Shown here one piece after another: positions 12,451-26,117 of a stretch of 64,000 bases of DNA (positions are counted from its first letter, which is position 1; the number at the start of each line of letters is the position of its first letter). The translations under genes were made by a program, and so were the position numbers. Origin of the DNA: Styela clava (taxonomy: Eukaryota); the NCBI RefSeq assembly GCF_964204865.1, contig NC_135251.1, positions 11,160,001 through 11,224,000 on the forward strand, read 5' to 3'. Under the pieces are notes generated by a model that was given only the letters and a program-made list of their open reading frames with translations, ran no database searches and was not told the origin of the DNA.

Positions 12451-15400
12451 CATTGCATTGCTTCTCATATGCGTAATGATAAGGTTTCTATTTACGTTTA
12501 CAAGTTCCTTATTTAACACATCACAAACGCAAGAGAATATTAAATACTCAATTCCCTTAAAAAAGGAGGATATTTCGATATTTCAGAACGTCCTCTGAGG
12601 ACGACAAACGTACGTATGGTCACCCTTTCTTATTTCAATTTTCTTCCGGAAAATAACACTAGGACTTATTTTGGGGGGATTTCTTTTATAACAAACTTAC
12701 AAAGTAGAGAATTGCGAGATTTTGGAATATACAAAATATGAGTACCGGTATCCATTTACTTATAAATAAATAACACGTTTTATATTCAATACAACTGCAA
12801 AACGAATTAAAACGCAATTCTTGCTATCGACTAGGTAAAAAAAATGTCTCGTTAGTGACTAGTTCTTATTTTATGGACAGGGCTTATATTAAAATCACTT
12901 TAAAAATCCAGCCTAGGTCTCATTTTCGGGAAAACACGGTAGTATTGCAACTTTGTAACAGTAATTCTCAAAGGGTGCTATCTTGCCCACTGGGTAGGGG
13001 GAAAGACACATAGGAACACACATGTAAGCTACTTTTAAAAAATAACTTTAGTCGTCAAGAACATGTAGTCATTTAATTTAATAAATTCCAAATATTAGCC
13101 ATAAGATGTCAGCCAGTTTTAAATTGCGCAAGTTTAAAAATTTACAATATACCAATGAAATGTCAATAAGGTTTTTACAACTCTGGAATATACGAAAATT
13201 ACTGTCGGTCCGTAATTACTGTGTCAATGGATATCAAAAATTCGAATGAAATATTTAAATACAAATTACTTGTCGATAATTCTTTGGTTTCGTTTGCTTA
13301 TTCGTATCTTCGATCTTTATCTTTTGATACAATGAAAAACTGTCGAAACAAGCAGTGTTCTGTAAAACAGACATGTAGTGTAAGCTAGTTGTACCCAATC
13401 GGTTTTTCAGGCTAATAAAACGATTCTCAGAGCCTATATTACAAATTGATTTTTCGGGGTCGCCTTATTGGGTGGCTAAACCTATTTCTTTTTCCAGGCG
13501 ATCTATGTTTTAGCATAAGCTAAAAATATATATACGCATGAAAACGCATTATAACAAATTGGTTTGGCTAGTTATATGAAGCTCGTTTGGCAGATAAATA
13601 TATAAAAGCGAACCAGAATTTCATTCCAGTTTCTTATTGCTGGGGTGTAATCGAGTATGGCTCAGAGGTAACGAGGCAAATACCGCGAACACAATACCTC
13701 GAGCAAAGTCTATGTCAACATCAGTATTCTAACTTATTTTTCAAATGATTCTGAATCAGAATGAAAAGCTAAATAAATTGACAATAAAATCTATCTAAGT
13801 CTAAATTTACCCGGTACAAATACTAATACAGAAAAATTGGCCGGTATTATCGATAACGATACCCGATAACGATAAATTGGTACATCTTTAGTCAGAATCC
13901 TGTTTCTACACTCATGGGTGGGGACGAAAATTGCTCAAAATTAAGGAGGCGACAGATACCACGAACATGATAACTCCACGCAAAAAAATTAATTTCAACG
14001 TCCATATTTTAACTTCTTTTTTAAATGCTCCTGGATTAGATTAAAAACCCAAATGTATCAGAAATATTGGTTCTACATTTAGCCCATACCGATATAAGTA
14101 TCTATATTGCTGATATCCGTTACATCTCTAGAATTTAACGCTTATGAATATTAATGGGACGATTACTATGACTGCTAACAAGGTGGATATATACACACTA
14201 TGTGGGATTTACATGTATATTGATACACTTGGAAAATTGGGTGTATATGATTTATATAGTAACGTTATTATAAATTTATTTTTATTTTAGTGACGATACG
14301 GAAAGTACGACTATGGGAGATTCACGGTTATGTATTATAAACACACTTGGTTGGATCGACTCATGTCGAGTAATATCGTCATGGAGAATTTCGTGTGTTT
14401 CTAGTTTGAAACACTTATGAACATAAACGGCATAAACTGATTATTACCAGGAATTATAGACTATGGGAGATTCACGGATACATTGATACGCTTTGTCGGA
14501 TTCACTCATCTAGTGCTGTACTCTCGCGTGACCTACCATTTGGGGTAAAAACGGATTTGATCGAACCAAAATGCTATGCAGATTTAATACGGACAATGAT
14601 ATCAATGAGTAAGGAAATACAGATATAAAACGGGAAATATTGCCACGTCAGTATCTGTAATCACCAGGGTTTGCCGACCCCTGATATAGATTATAAAGGA
14701 CTTTATATACAGGCCGTAGGAGGTTTATGGCTATATGGATGCACTCTACGTTGTATCTAATAAACATAGTATCGTTTTTAGTTTGCAACACCAATGGCAT
14801 GGTTAAATATTATCGCTAGATGTACGACTACGGGAGATTTACTGTTATACCAATACGAATATACTTCGTCATTGAAAATCTAGTCCGATTCAGGAACATT
14901 ATTAAAAATGAACGGTATGGTCAAATGATTATTATGGAGGAATTTGCACTGAAATTTATACGCTTTGTCAGATTCACTTACCGGTATATAACATGATACT
15001 CTTGACTGATCTACGATTTGTGGCTCATTAGATTTAACCGAATTGCTCCTAACGGGGCATGATCATTGGACTTACATTAAAGGAAAATTTACTATTTGTG
15101 GTAATCACAACGTCTCCCGCGATTACCCATTTCGATAAAGCATCCCTTTATATAACAGGCGTCTTCGAAACTTCAAACCGAAAAAGTCAAACAGGAAAAG
15201 GGATTTATGACGCCAAAAACTACATAGATTACTTATTTAGAAGGATGTGTTAGTGTATATATTGTACCTTATTATGCAATCTGCAAGTGAAACCTTTACT
15301 TTAATTTCTCCTCGCTATTTTCACCTAAAAATATAAGGCAATTTGAAAAAAACTGCTTCACTAGTAAATTTAGTGATTTAATTGACATATACTAAGAAAT

Positions 15401-17665
15401 TAAAGTACGCAATGTTTTATGAAATATATGACAAATCATTTCCAGTCACTAATGTGTAGAATTGTCACATTTGTTTACGGAAATAATGAATATCTGAAAG
15501 TTAACTAAAATATTTAAAACATTGTTTACCTGTATTGTAGATCTCCTCAATTTGTTCCATTTCTTTTAACTTCATATTTCATATGTCTGCATCTAAAAAG
15601 CAAAGATATTGATATTAAGCTTTCGTATAACACTATGATTCCTGCCTAAACTAAATCTACGTACAATAGATAAAATATCACGAAGTTAAAAAAAATTGGC
15701 TTTTGGCCTTGGCTATATGCTTGAGGTTCGTCTTATCCTTAAGAAAGATATGTATGATTGATATTAAGCTTGTCATGTATAGATAGCGTAGAGACATACT
15801 TCCAGTATTACCTTTAAATTGTTTTCGTTGCGTTGTTTTGGTATTGATATAGTCATACATGTACAAAGTGCGGCCCGCGGGCTCAATCCGGCCGTTGTTT
15901 AAATACAATCTGGCCCACCTGATACTGCCTCAAGAAAACTGAAACTAGATTTTGATGTTTTAGATAAAAATAACTTTTCAAGGAATTTGTTGAGATTACG
16001 GTTAAATTTAATTTTGGTACGAGGCTTATTGTACCAAACTAAAAGAATCACGTTCGAGACTAGTATGTTACGTGCGCAACGACGCGATCAGCTAGGCCTG
16101 AGCTACTCAACTATTTTCACCTAAGATCCGCGTACAAAACTTTAAAAATATCTGGGTCCGGTCTTTTCAAAAGTTATATTTCTACATCTTTAAACGCGTG
16201 AACCCGGAACGTACATGAATACCGGTTAAGGTTGGGTTAAACCATAATTTGGCTAGTCCCCAAACCCATAATAGAAATAAAATACGAAAAATTGGAATAA
16301 AATTAGGGACTAACCATAACTGGGTACACATCCTACGTTCCGGTGTTCGCCATATTGGTTCGCATACTACAGGAGTACCGGTTTCAGTCCCTTTACACAA
16401 CTTGATATAAAATAGGCGAACAACATTAGTTACACACACAGCGCCCGCAGGGATAACGGGCGACAACCGATAAATATCAAAAATCTCAATGACGAAACAG
16501 CAAAGCTTTTCCTACAGAACTAACATGGTGGAGCGTTGAGTAAATGAAAACAAGACAAACTTGGAGAATTATTCAGAGCGTTCTACAGTATATGTTTCAT
16601 CGATTCTATTTGTAATAATCGGACCTAGAATTGAATAAGCCGCAAAACCGATCAACTTCGTATTCTCCGCTACTCATGAATGGAACTTTGGTAGGGTTGA
16701 ATTATATTTGATTCAAAAAAACAAGATGAGTTTGCGATTTTAACCCTTGAGACTTATAGATCACAAAACAATACCTTATTTCTGGGATCCGATTTATTTT
16801 TATGGATTAGGTTACAAATTCCAATTTTTTTACTATCGAAAAATATACAACATCAGTAAAAGCATGGGTTATCAAGTACATTTTACTCACCTGAATATTG
16901 CTCCGAAGGTAACAAGAAAATCCATTGATCATCCTACGACAAAATTTATCCGCACACTGTTGCGACTGAAGCGATGTCGCTGGTGGCTTTCGCGCGAAAT
17001 ATTTGACGAAAACACTAAATAATCATTTGTAATCAAATAATTACTCCGATTTCTCCAGGATAACTCTGAATCGCCACGAGCCGATCACGATTCTGACGCG
17101 TGATCACAAAACTTAATTTATCGAATGTGAATGGTAGTCGGTATTTGCTCTACACTAATTGTAACCGTCATAATTTCTAGCTTCCAGTAAATTATCCGCC
17201 AAACCAAAAAGTTCGAGGCATAATACCACAGTCTTAATCTCGGTTCTATGCGAAGTATCTAAAATGTCAAGACGACTGCAGACCGATGACAACAACTGAT
17301 AATGTTAAGATTTAGAGTCAATCTCCTACATACAATCGCACAATACACCCGTTCTGACTGCATTGAAAAACTTTGCTAATGTGAGCCCAGTATAGTAGCA
17401 ATGCATTAGCTAAGTGGCTAAAATAAAGCCTCAAAATACTTTTGATCGCTTGGTAAAAAGCGATCATGATGCAGGTACGACTGTACGAGACAACCCTCAA
17501 GTTCACGACATCTTGGCGGTTTGAAATCGTCGTATCCGAGTATATATGTGAATATAAAAGCGTTTTCGAAACACCTTAAAAATTAACCAGTTATCCCCTT
17601 TTCCCGGGAAAATATAACCTTTTATGATGCATTTTATTTTCTAGATGTTTGACGAAGCTATGACA

Positions 17666-18330
17666 TCTAAGCGGCGAGTGGTGCATGCCGCTAAGCTGTA
17701 GGAATACGCTTACCATCACACCTCACATTACCCTCCATGGGGTCGTAGGATCAATTCCCACCCGAGATTGTCCCACCTGAGATTGTGCCAAAGGTTTAAT
17801 GGATTTCGTAAGGCAAGGGTCGGCAACCTTTTATCGCTCGCGGGCCAAAATTAAGGGTTGCAAGTCATTGGCGGGTTGCACAGATTTTTAGAGAGTTGGA
17901 AACCGAGCGGATGATATTTTTTATAATAAAAATCAAGTAGTGATAAATCTCTCGAATAAAATATATTAATATAGATTTAGTTCCTCATTGCATTTCAAAA
18001 TATCCCATTCGAATATTTTCGGCGCCATCGAACGTTTTGCATTTAGCATCAACTTTTCTGCGTTCTATTGCCATTTGTCTAATTATAATTAAATTATGGG
18101 CTCATTAAACGAGTAATTGTGAATTATATACTTTTTAGGTTATAATATAATTTAGTCTATACATGTCTCACAATAAATTCTGTTACGTAAAGAATATAAT
18201 CGTCCGTACAACAGTTTTTTTTACTATAATTCAGTGAAGCGTCGCGGACCGGATTATATTACTCGCGGGCCGTAGGTTGCCGACCCCTGCCGTTGGGTGT
18301 CGGTTTCAGCTTCCTTCTAGATGCATGGTC
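17666..18330 (+). mobile_element. tRNA-derived SINE (degenerate) interrupted by a hAT MITE
   Basis: Head gcggcgagtggtgcatgccgctaagctgtaggaatacgc...attaccctccatggggtcgtaggatcaattccc matches copies at 40333 and 57672 (reverse). The body resumes after 18289. Confidence 0.6.
17814..18289. mobile_element. hAT (Charlie-like) MITE
   Basis: TIR CAAGGGTCGGCAACCT / AGGTTGCCGACCCCTG, subterminal GCGGGCCG motifs, decayed 8-bp TSD tcgtaagg/ccgttggg. Confidence 0.75.
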
Positions 18331-19311
18331 TCTCAGAGAAAAATATGCACCGTAGGCTATACTCAATAAATGTCAGCTCGTGAGCTATTGTTTGAAAACC
18401 AATTATTTAAAAAACGTTCTGTATTTTAAAAAGTCATCAGCTTCATTCAGTCTTCAACGTACATCACTTCTTAACTGTAACCAAGTCTGAGACATGACCA
18501 GGGCTGCCACTTTTGTCTGAATAAAAATAAAAAAACAAAAACATCAAGTTACCAAAGTTAATAAAACAAAACAAGAGATAACAAAGACTTCATTAAATTA
18601 CATCACAGAGATTTCGAAGAACATTTGAAGTTGATTTTAGATTATCATAATTGTCAGGGTTTGAAGGAAAGTGAGCGATTAGTACACACAGCAATCGATA
18701 TTAGTTACTACCGGCCATAGCCGGAGAGGTGGTCATTTGTACAAAGCACGTGCTAAATATATTCTGTCAGCTAAATTTGCAGAAAAAAAGATAAAGTCTG
18801 TTAATTCCGTCGCAATCACCTGTACTTCTGAAATCCTTGGAACGCTTTGGCGAAATCGACGTAACTGTATTTAAAAAGGATGTTTGCGATTTCTACAAAA
18901 AATTTCTATCGTATATAGAGCTGCACGATGAAGCGTACAATGCTGTCAGGCCCCACATATGGACAAATTTGAAGGGTGAAATAAACTGAACTGAAGTGTT
19001 TGGTCTGCAAAATTGATAAATGATATGTTCGGTTAGCTAGTCAGGTTTTGAATAGCGATGCACTTTTCGACGAATACTGATAGAAATATATTTATCTGAG
19101 CATGCTTCGAATGCAATTTGGCATACTTTGCCGGTTGAAATTAAGTGGACGGAGATGTTTAACGTTTTACGTTTTTTAAGAAATATTAGCTTCTCAAATT
19201 TGAAGAAACTCGTTGATTTTGTTTGCCGGAACATCGGCATCTTTTGAACAGATTTTCTCTATTGTTAAAATTTTTTTGTCCGAAAGCAGGTGTAGAATGC
19301 CAGGAGAAAAT

Positions 19312-19975
19312 GGTTCCATTATATTTGAGACAACGTACATTTGCACCCGTACATTGGAACCCGTAATTTGAACCCAGGACAATTGCGCCTGCATATTATC
19401 GCACCTATGGACATTTGCACCTACGGACATTTGAACCCATACATTTCAACCCATGTATATTAGCACCCGCATAGAGATTGAACCCGCGGACATTTGAACC
19501 CATGTACATTTGCACCCGCGTACATTTGAACCCGCGAACATCTGAACCCATGTACATTTGAACCCATGAATATTTGCACCCCGGACATTTGCACCCGCGG
19601 ACATTTGAACCCGCGTACATTTGTGTACATTTGAACCCATGTAAAATTGAACCCACGTACATTTGCACGCGCGGACATTTGAACCCGCGTACATTTGAAC
19701 CCATGTAAAATTGAACCCACGTACATTTGCACGCGCGGACATTTGAACCCATGTACATTTGCACCTGCGTACACTTGAACCCATGTACATTTGGACCCGC
19801 GAACATCTGAACCCATGTACATTTGAACCCATGAATATTTGCACCCCAGACATTTGCACCCGCGGACATTTGAACCCGCATACATTTGCACCCGTGTACT
19901 TTAACACCCACGCACAATTGCACCCACAGACATCTGCACCCATGAACATCTATACCCATGGGCATTTGCATTTAC
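19312..19975. repeat. Minisatellite-expanded Mutator/Phantom terminus (~16-17-bp units ACATTTG(A/C)ACCC(ATGT/GCGG))
   Basis: Begins GGTTCCATTA like the MITE family end (7045, 63574 reverse), then has roughly 35-40 imperfect units. This explains the three overlapping low-complexity minus-strand ORFs. Confidence 0.9.
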
Positions 19976-20444
19976 GGATATTATCGTATTTACATATACA
20001 CCCTTATCCTTCCATGCTATAATAGGGTTGAAAGGTACACTTAGGATTATTTCTCCCAATGTATACATTGGGAAAAACAATCATTATAACTATGTAATTC
20101 TCGATTGCTTTATTAAAACTATTTTCTGATCGTATATATTTATATTATACTCCGTCTGTCATTGTCGTCGCAATTGTCGATATCATAAGACTCAATCGAC
20201 AAAATGTTCCACGGGGAAATGCGAGCCAAATTTGGGAGTATGATTTGTGCTTTAAACGGTCGACAACTCTTGAAGAGAGCGGCGCCAATCGAGCAAGGAT
20301 TTTAATTGATGTGTTAGTTCGATCCCGCGCAAAGTTTTTCCCCGCATCAATGTCTTTTTTTTCTCGCTGACAATTCCAAACTGTTTCTTTAGGACGTTGC
20401 CAATGCGAATATTACAAGTCCCTTTGCGAAAATAAGTTAGAAAC

Positions 20445-20845
20445 ATGGTGCTTACTTTTTTCAAGACCGCAAGAGGAAACGACTTACTGATTTACAAAGG
20501 CCACGAATTCTGTAAGCGAAATGATCGAGTTTCAGATGCTATTCATTGGCGCTGCCGTCAGTTTAGGAATTTTCTATGTAAATCGACTGTTGGTGATTGA
20601 TCGGTGAAAATGTAATAAAAGAACTAGGATATCACAGTCATTCTGGCGACAGCATTAAAACAAAAGTTGGGATCATCCGTGCAACATTAAAAGAAGCAGC
20701 ATCAACACAATCAAATACATCGACAATATATATTTTAGGTGAAGTATTGAATAATAGATCAACAGATGCCAAGCAAGTCGACCCTGGAGGCAAATATACG
20801 AAGACTAAGGCGACAGAAAAATTATTCTCGTACGAATCCGAAGTG
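20445..20845 (+). pseudogene. FLYWCH zinc-finger MULE/Phantom transposase N-terminal remnant
   Basis: ATG at 20445 reads MVLTFFKTARGNDLLIYKGHEFCKRNDRVSDAIHWRCRQFRNFLCKSTV; after a frameshift, ...KELGYHSH completes the F/L/Y/W/C...C...HxH pattern. A further frameshifted segment MPSKSTLEANIRRLRRQKNYSRTNP resembles the post-FLYWCH linker of MULE transposases. No DDE core follows. Confidence 0.75.
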
Positions 20846-20964
20846 CTAGCTTTAATAATACTCAATAATATGGTAAACCCCATGTGAAAACTTGGTGTTT
20901 CTAAAATACTCTATTTTTGTTTGTTTCATAAGCTTTGGAAAATTTATTCATCTTTATTGTTCAG

Positions 20965-21798
20965 ATTTCGTAAACACATATGAAAACGTTCAAAATGAGA
21001 CAGTAGACATAGAGTCTGAAACCAGGATAGATGCCAAGCTTCTTTTTATGTACTTACAACAGATTGAAAAAGAGTGACAATCGAGAGTTTAAGATCTAAT
21101 TTGAAGTAAGAATTTAATGTCAACGACTTGAGAGTTGATGCCTCTTTTGATCTACATCATATTTTCTGCCTCTTTTAATCAACATCATATTTTCTGGGAT
21201 ATTTAATAATTATTCAATAAATTCTTGTCGTAATATTTATCCAAGTATGTATACTATGGCTACATTTCTTTATGTAAAATATATTTTTAGAAATTGGAAG
21301 AAGCTGTGAAGTTGATTAATGAAACAACAGAAATTGCATCTCGTCCAAACATGATGAAAAAGAACAGATATGGAAACATCGTTCCGTGTAAGCATTTTAG
21401 ATGAATGTTGTCGTTTAAGCTCTTTTCATTTTGAACTCGCAATACAATAGGAAAATCGTAAATTTACTACAGGCATCGCTCAGGTTACAGGTAATTGCGA
21501 GGATAAGCTGAAAGTAAGACACAGGTTAGCACGTAGTGTCAAGAGTGCAATCGTGATAAGGCATATATTATGAGGTACTTTACAAACAAGTAACCACTAT
21601 TGTTGAAAGGACAGAAAATTTTTACATCGCACATGAACCATAAGTTACTTTATACCAATTAGACTTACAATGCCAACAAAGGTCAATAAAATTCAGCATT
21701 ACTCATATCGATTTTCCAAACATATTTTAGACGATTCCACCCGTGTTGTGCTGAGTGGAGAAGGTGACAAAGACTACATAAATGCTTCTTATATTTAT
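20965..21798 (+). pseudogene. Classical protein tyrosine phosphatase gene fragment (3 exons, disabled)
   Basis: AG/GT-bounded exons 20965-21105, 21291-21387 and 21731-21798. The last two splice in frame to [55 protein letters not shown] (PTP motifs KNRY, DxxRVxL, DYINAS). The first exon has a frameshift and a TAA (RLKKSDNREFKI*FE). No WPD or HCxAGxGR exons were seen in the window. Confidence 0.85.
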
Positions 21799-22359
21799 GT
21801 ATGTATGGTATTGGAACCATGTTATATACTTGAAAATAAAAAGTTGTTAAAAATTCGATTTTGTTCTACTTCTTCTTCTTCTTTTGATTTCGTCATTCGT
21901 CATTCTTATAATAAATTTTGTCATATATCCTTTGAAAGTGATAACTGACAATTTGAGAAGCTTTGGGAGCGATACCGTAGAATCTACCAAATCTGCAAAA
22001 TCAGTTACGTATTTGGTGACAATATGGATAGAAATAAACCGGGTATTTACCCACAATGAAGACTCCAGTCGCGAGACTAGTTTCAATAAACATTGTGCAC
22101 GAATGTAGACAATACCCCATGATTTCGGATATCAGTACGGCTCGATGTCGATCAACCGCTCATCACTGTTGCCCGGTTTGTTTGTTGAGTATAGGTTTAT
22201 GTAAAAATACAATAAATAAAAATGATGATGCAACAGTCTATATCGGAGATCGCTGTATATTGCATGCATTGTTGCTACCAGCTAATCAGAAACTGATGCG
22301 TGGATCTAACTTGAGGGTGTGCGCTTTGGGGAAACGCACGTTTTCGAAATAATCACGAC

Positions 22360-23052
22360 TAGGGCTGGGAATGGTTAACCGGTTAACAGATTTCAGATGG
22401 TTAACGGTTGTGATTTATTCTAACCTTTAACTGACATCTCAGGTACAAATCATCTTTATACCGTACAATTTCGTCAAATATGATTACGTCATCTCAAATT
22501 TATCTCTTGCGGCATTTAATTCAAAAAAATATCACTAACTGTGTGGGTAAGGACTTAATAAATGTAAAAAATAAAGGAAGTACCAATGTTGCTGATAATG
22601 AAAATTTACAATGATAAATTCAGAATCAGTTTTTGGTCGATTTCGAAATATATTGTTCACGATTTCATTGCAAAATCGGATATTCAAGTCAAACAACAAG
22701 TGTGCAGTTGATGCCGTTTTCTCTATGATATATATTTCGAAGTAGAATTTGCACATCAAACACTGAAAATTTGTCACATAAATGACGTTTAACAACGGAA
22801 TCGGGGTTTCTTAAATATTTCCACATGCCCAAACCACGCTGCCTATCTTTTGTAGCAGAGGAATCATGAAACTATCTCGATCCGTGAATAATTTTGAGCG
22901 ATACCGGGATAAGAACACGCGAAATTGCAATATAACCATTGTGACGTAACAAGCTGAAATTATAATTGTTACCTTAAACGTCACGCGGCGGTTAACCGGT
23001 TAATTTTACCCGGTTAACGGTTAAAGTGTTTTCCCTGAAATTCCCAGCCCTA
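22360..23052. mobile_element. hAT MITE (young)
   Basis: Perfect 13-bp TIR TAGGGCTGGGAAT / ATTCCCAGCCCTA, perfect 8-bp TSD atcacgac, subterminal GTTAACCGGTTAA repeats. Confidence 0.92.
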
Positions 23053-25328
23053 ATCACGACATCTCAAAGCTGTGGAAGTTACATGCAATACAAACTAGCC
23101 CACGTTGCGAGGCTCTGATTTTAAGCATTTTCTAAGTCATGCACAATGTTTTAAATTGTGTAGGAAATACCATAACACTACCTTAGTTGCTTGTCAATAG
23201 TCTTGTATAGAAACATCTAGAAATATGGTCATATCAAATATGGATGAATCATCCGGGATGATTTATATTTTACTTGAAATTTCGAAAATTATCCCTGGCA
23301 TTTGAGAGTGTGGAATTCCTCTCTCCACTCTAGCGAGCTAAAGATTCTATTCCTTGGGCTTTGAGAGTCTAAAGTTCTTATCCCGGCTCTGGTGAGCTGA
23401 CCATTAAAGGACGACAATGCCCAGACAGGAATATAGCTGAAGACATTTATACTGATCATGTGAAATTAGAATAAATCTTCTTAGATATGAAGAGAATCTA
23501 GCCCAACTAAAAACTTGCGATGTTGTGACAGCGATTGTTCCTGTGGCTGTGAAAAAAGCAAATTCACAACTATTGAACGAATCCGGTCGGAACACTGATA
23601 AAGGCAGAAAGTACGTTGGTTTGAGCATCTTTTGTATAATCTAGCAAAATTAAAAGGTTTATTGTAATCGGTCATATAATATTGTCATTGAGAGTAGATG
23701 AATTTTGACATATCATTCAAAAATAGAAACTGATGAAATTTAACATTTGAGAAATCTCAAGCAGCGATAACCTAGCATCTATCAAATCTTTAAAATCAGT
23801 GAACGTATTAAAGGACGATATTAATAGAAATACACCAGGTATTTACCCACAATGGAGACTCGAGTTGCGAGACTGGAGAGGTTTAAGAAACATAGCGCAC
23901 AAAAGTAGACAATGCCCCGGGGTTTCGGGTATCAGTACGGCACAATGTCGATCACCTGTTCATCATTGTTGCCCGGTTGTTTTCCAAGTATATATATAAA
24001 AAAGGTTTGTATACAAATACAATAAATAAAAAAGATGATGCAACAATCTATATTAAGGATCGCTGTACATAAATATGCGTTGTTACTACTAGCCAATCAG
24101 AAACTGAAGCGTGGATCTAACTGAGGGTGTGCGCTTTGGGGAGACGCCCGTTTTATGGTCGGTGGGTGCAAAATTATGCAGGTGCATTTGTCCTGGGTGC
24201 AGTTTACGGGTGAAAATATACGTGGGTTCAAAGCATTTTCGACTTGTCAAATAATAGGTATACTTATTTCACACAAAATTGAATCGAAATATAAGGTTTA
24301 AAGTTTTTAAGGGAGAAATTGAATTGACAGATTCAGTTTATAATAGTCGCACTACCCGAGAATAAATTGATGCTTGCGAGAGCATTCTAAATAATTGGAA
24401 CGGAAAGAAGAAATATTCAAATCAATCCATATTTAACTTCTATACCAAATATTTTTATACTTGTTTCACTCAAAATTAATTTTTATTTAATATGAATATT
24501 CAAGTGTGAATATATCGTTACATTTACGCTGCTTTAGTTTTGTTTGTACTTAAAAATACGTATTGGTAAAAATTTCATTTTATTGTAAATCCAACAGATA
24601 GTCGGTTTTGACAAGTCCTAAAATTGTGAATGCGATTCATCCTATTGTTCAATCACAGACTGTCTATCGACGATCAAAGAACGCAACAGAGCGCACATGT
24701 GCCTCCTTCGATCCAACTGTATTGTAATATATATGTAATATTATACTTCCCTGTATATACACCGAACTTTTGTTTTATTATTGTGAAATGCAATAAATAT
24801 CCGGTCATTCATTGCTTTGAACCAGTGTTGAGTATATTTGGTGGTGGATATATCAGGGTCAAGCTCGTATACTTTGCAATCTAATATAGGCTATTATACA
24901 AAATATTGTATGATTAGGTTATAAATGCTGCATTTGGAATTTTAAATGACTGTGCTTATTGGACCAAGTTAGTTGAAAAACAATAGAGTTGCTATGCAGA
25001 ACGTTTGCACGTTTTTATGGTAAATTTTGCCCGCTATCTCGTTTTCATAAAGAAATTGTAAAGGAATGATTGAAAATTATTTCTATTATTGCCTTCTAGG
25101 AAAAGGAAAAAAACTTATAAACAATTAATTTGGTTTTTTAATAAAATTTGTTGTGGCGTTGCAACATTAGCCTATGTGGTTACTACAAAAAACCCAAAAC
25201 ATTGTTTATATGCCGCACTCATAATTTATGACAATAAAATTACCTATAAATATTTTCCGCACAATAGTGAGGTCTATATAAAAGTTATATTATTGTTAAA
25301 GTACGAAGCTATCTCTGAGTTTGAAAGT

Positions 25329-26117
25329 ATGAAGAGGTTTTATATAACAGGTAAGATTAGGTATACGATTTATGGTCACGGATTAGTTCTAGATGGGCGG
25401 GGAATGATTGGGATGGCTATATTTTTGTTTGAAAAATGGGCTTTGCTTGTACTAGTTTATAGCTATAGTCAATAGTGCATTATTATAACTCTCAGCCACG
25501 TCTTTTATATTTCAGAAAAACTGATTGTTTGGATTTTTGTTGTCGCAACCATCGCTCTGATTTACGTTGAGTTCGGTGTTTCAAGATTAGATTTACGGGA
25601 GACGGAAAATATCGTTGGTTTTGATTTTGATAACGTTTACTCCCTCTCCCTCATTTTTGCTTTAACCTGGTGCTTCTTTCCCATTACCTGTGGCAAGGAA
25701 GCACAAAACAAAAACATTGAAATTGTAACAGTCTCGGGAAGTCTGACAGATTCTTCTGTTCTGAAACCCCACAACGACGTCGCCGACAAGACAGAGAATC
25801 AGTTTTCTCAAAAATCAGAAAAGGAGTTGCTTCGAGTTGAGAATACTGACAACGAAAGTCCTGATCTATATGTTGATGCCGTCAATAATGATTCTAGATC
25901 TTCAAGTGAACTGAGCTTCGTCACAGAAAGCGTCCCGTCGTCTCGTCCCACAACTTCTGGGCCATTGAAATATTCGGAGAGATTTCACAGCCGATCTACA
26001 ACATCGTACAGCTTCCCTACGGTATCGCCGAGTGATTACGATTTCTCTCCCCCTGATTCACGCAACACAAATGAAATGCGTGTAACGCTTGATAGTGGAT
26101 ACGCAAGCTTTGACTGA
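25329..26117 (+). CDS. Putative orphan small membrane protein (207 aa) with Ser-rich tail ending in DSGYAS degron
   Basis: Exon 25329-25350 (ATG...ACAG|gtaaga) joins exon 25516-26117 (ttttatatttcag|) in frame. The second exon is ~200 codons stop-free in AT-rich DNA. TATA-like tctatataaaag at ~25273 and AATAAA at ~26326. Two hydrophobic stretches: LIVWIFVVATIALIYVEFGV and VYSLSLIFALTWCFFPITC. Confidence 0.65.

Larger units (their letters stand above)
9284..12939. mobile_element. pogo/Tc1-mariner-type non-autonomous element hosting a Gypsy remnant
   Basis: TA|CCGTGTTTCCCGAAAA at 9284 and TTTTCGGGAAAACACGG|TA at 12939 form an inverted terminal repeat with TA target duplication. Confidence 0.7.

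Noticed and set aside
19330-19975. CRISPR-like array
   Set aside because: There are no unique spacers, the units are contiguous, and the context is eukaryotic.
19405-20022. Overlapping Cys/Gly-rich ORFs of 87-188 aa
   Set aside because: They are translations of a stop-poor 16-17-bp minisatellite, open in several frames at once.
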